Shown piece by piece: positions 62,226 through 64,000 of a DNA stretch of 64,000 nt. The first letter of the stretch is position 1. Each line of letters starts with the position of its first letter. The notes beneath the pieces were generated by a model. It made no database searches. It was given only the letters and a program-made list of their open reading frames with translations, and was not told the DNA's origin. This DNA comes from Lama glama (lineage: Eukaryota): positions 70,062,001 to 70,126,000 of the forward strand of contig CM052816.1 of NCBI GenBank assembly GCA_028534125.1, read 5' to 3'. The position numbers and the translations under genes are program-made.

Positions 62226-64000
62226 TTTTTTTTTCCCAAAAGTAATAGATTCTTTTTGAAACTAAAGTCATATAAAGAGATTTTGTAATGAGGAAGCAAA
62301 TGACAGCAGCCTGTACATTTCAGAGGAAAAAAATTCAAATGCACAACAGTGAACTTTGGTTTTGGTGGATGCAGTTGAGGAAAGTAGCTTATAGAGACTG
62401 CAACACAATATAAACAATTCATTGAGGAAGAAAACACATTTCTCAGGTAGAGTGAAAAACTTTGAGATTACAAGAAGTCAACGCCCCATCAACACAGAAA
62501 GATTCAACTCTTGCTACTAAAGCACTGGTGGGGGGTGGGGGAGGGGGAGAATGAGGGACACTTCTAAAGTTGGAGGTCATTTGATTTTATGTCCAGGGCT
62601 TAATTCCTTGTGTCCTGCCTTCCCCTTTTTGTGGCTTGGATTCACATTTTCCAGGGTAGTTTTAACATTACGTTAAACTAATTTAATTTTTTATTTTCTA
62701 ATTTTTAACTTCAGTTTTTTACTTTATAATTTTCATAGCGCCATCAAAATCTTGATTTTTTTATATCATTAATTAAATCATTTACTTTTCTTTTTCTGTG
62801 TTATAAAGGATATGGTTTCAAAACCTTGCTTTTTTATGATACAGAAGATCTTAAAACCTATTTTTAAAATGTTTTCTCTTAGAATTTGTTCTTTAGATTT
62901 TTGGCCTTCTTTGTGGAGAGAAAGCTCTCTTTTATCAGGGCTGGATTTGGAAAAGAGAATATAGAATTTACTGAAGCAGAAACACAGGGGAAGGGGTAGT
63001 GGTATGCTTTGGTAACTTAGGAAAACACAGAACTTTTTTTTTTTCCCTGAGTACAAAAGTGAAAAAGAACATTTGGAAAATATAGTAAAGGAGAAAATTG
63101 AAATCATGTGTTTTCTTACCACCCAGAGATAATGATTATTAATGCTTTGGTGTATATTCATCCAGATTTTTTTCTATGTATAAAAACAATGACTCAGAAG
63201 ATCACCAATACTAGTCCTTTTGGGCGTGTAGAATCTCACCAACAAAGACGTAGGGATGCTGCAAATACTTCCCACTTTTCAGGATTCTTGCCAACACACA
63301 GAGTCTAGCTCTAGGAAGGAAGGCTCATAGGAAGCAGATGGGATTCAGGGTTCTCAGCCTGCAGACTGAGTTTCAAGCAGGGTTCCAGGTCTCACTGCCA
63401 GTGAAGAAGACACAAGAGATTGAATGGAAGGCTCGTGCGTCAGGGGAAACTGACCTGCTGCCAAGCTCTTTAAGAATGGTAGGGTTATGGCTACTCTGTA
63501 CCTCTTTTTCCTGGTAGGACTGTCTCAGGAAAGGGGATGGACTTGGCCTCTATTGATGGAGCTCATCAGAGGCTCCAACCTGGGGTTCTGAGGAAAAGAA
63601 AGGCAGATAACCAAGCCAAGGACTAACACCGTGCAGGTTGAAAAAAAGTCTTATTTCTAATTATAGTTACACATTTTTTTTTCTAAAAAAAGAAGTCTTT
63701 AAAACTGTTTTAATATGGTGTCTTTTTTCTCAGCTCAGGCTACTAGTGGCCTTAATTGAATGTTTAAAGAAGTACCATAAAGCTTGCTCATAGACTATAT
63801 TATATTCATTAAAATGTTAATGAAAGAAGTAGAAAATTGTATTGTGTTATGCGAAGCAATTAGAGATATTTGAGGAATGTGTGTTCTTGTTGGCGTCACA
63901 ATAGCTAGACAGCTTTTAGCTTTCAGCCAAAGTGTTTTTTTCCCCCCTAGAAACTTTTAATAAGATACAAGCCATACATCAGTAGTCCAATTGTGGGTGT

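Noticed and set aside
1..64000. A novel multi-gene or prokaryote-like system
   Set aside because: All recognisable coding content is explained by FST and NDUFS4. The rest is typical mammalian repeat and non-coding DNA.

Overview
Mammalian nuclear genomic DNA, probably a camelid. The evidence is two tRNA-derived Vic-1-like SINEs and artiodactyl-type follistatin residues. The window holds the complete follistatin gene (FST) on the minus strand: 6 coding exons, 52332 to 47232, 344 aa, plus the alternative acceptor that gives the 317-aa precursor. About 42 kb further along the same strand lie the CpG-island promoter and first coding exon of NDUFS4 (4242-4145). Its intron 1 appears to continue past the left end. 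The rest is intergenic or intronic DNA rich in decayed L1, L2, MIR, MaLR/ERV LTR and hAT/TcMar elements, with a few repeat-poor blocks that may be enhancers. I find no evidence for a new protein-coding system, and nearly all other ORFs in the track are repeat-derived or CpG-island artefacts. The most interesting signals are regulatory: an intact solo LTR carrying tandemly amplified PBX/MEIS-type motifs near the FST 3' end, a dense ARE/Pumilio/miRNA-site set in the FST 3'UTR, a NAGNAG acceptor at FST exon 5, Smad/forkhead modules in intron 1 and upstream, and a TISU/YY1 element at the NDUFS4 start codon. Repeat family names come from recalled consensus sequences, not a database search, and repeat boundaries are approximate unless a TSD is given.
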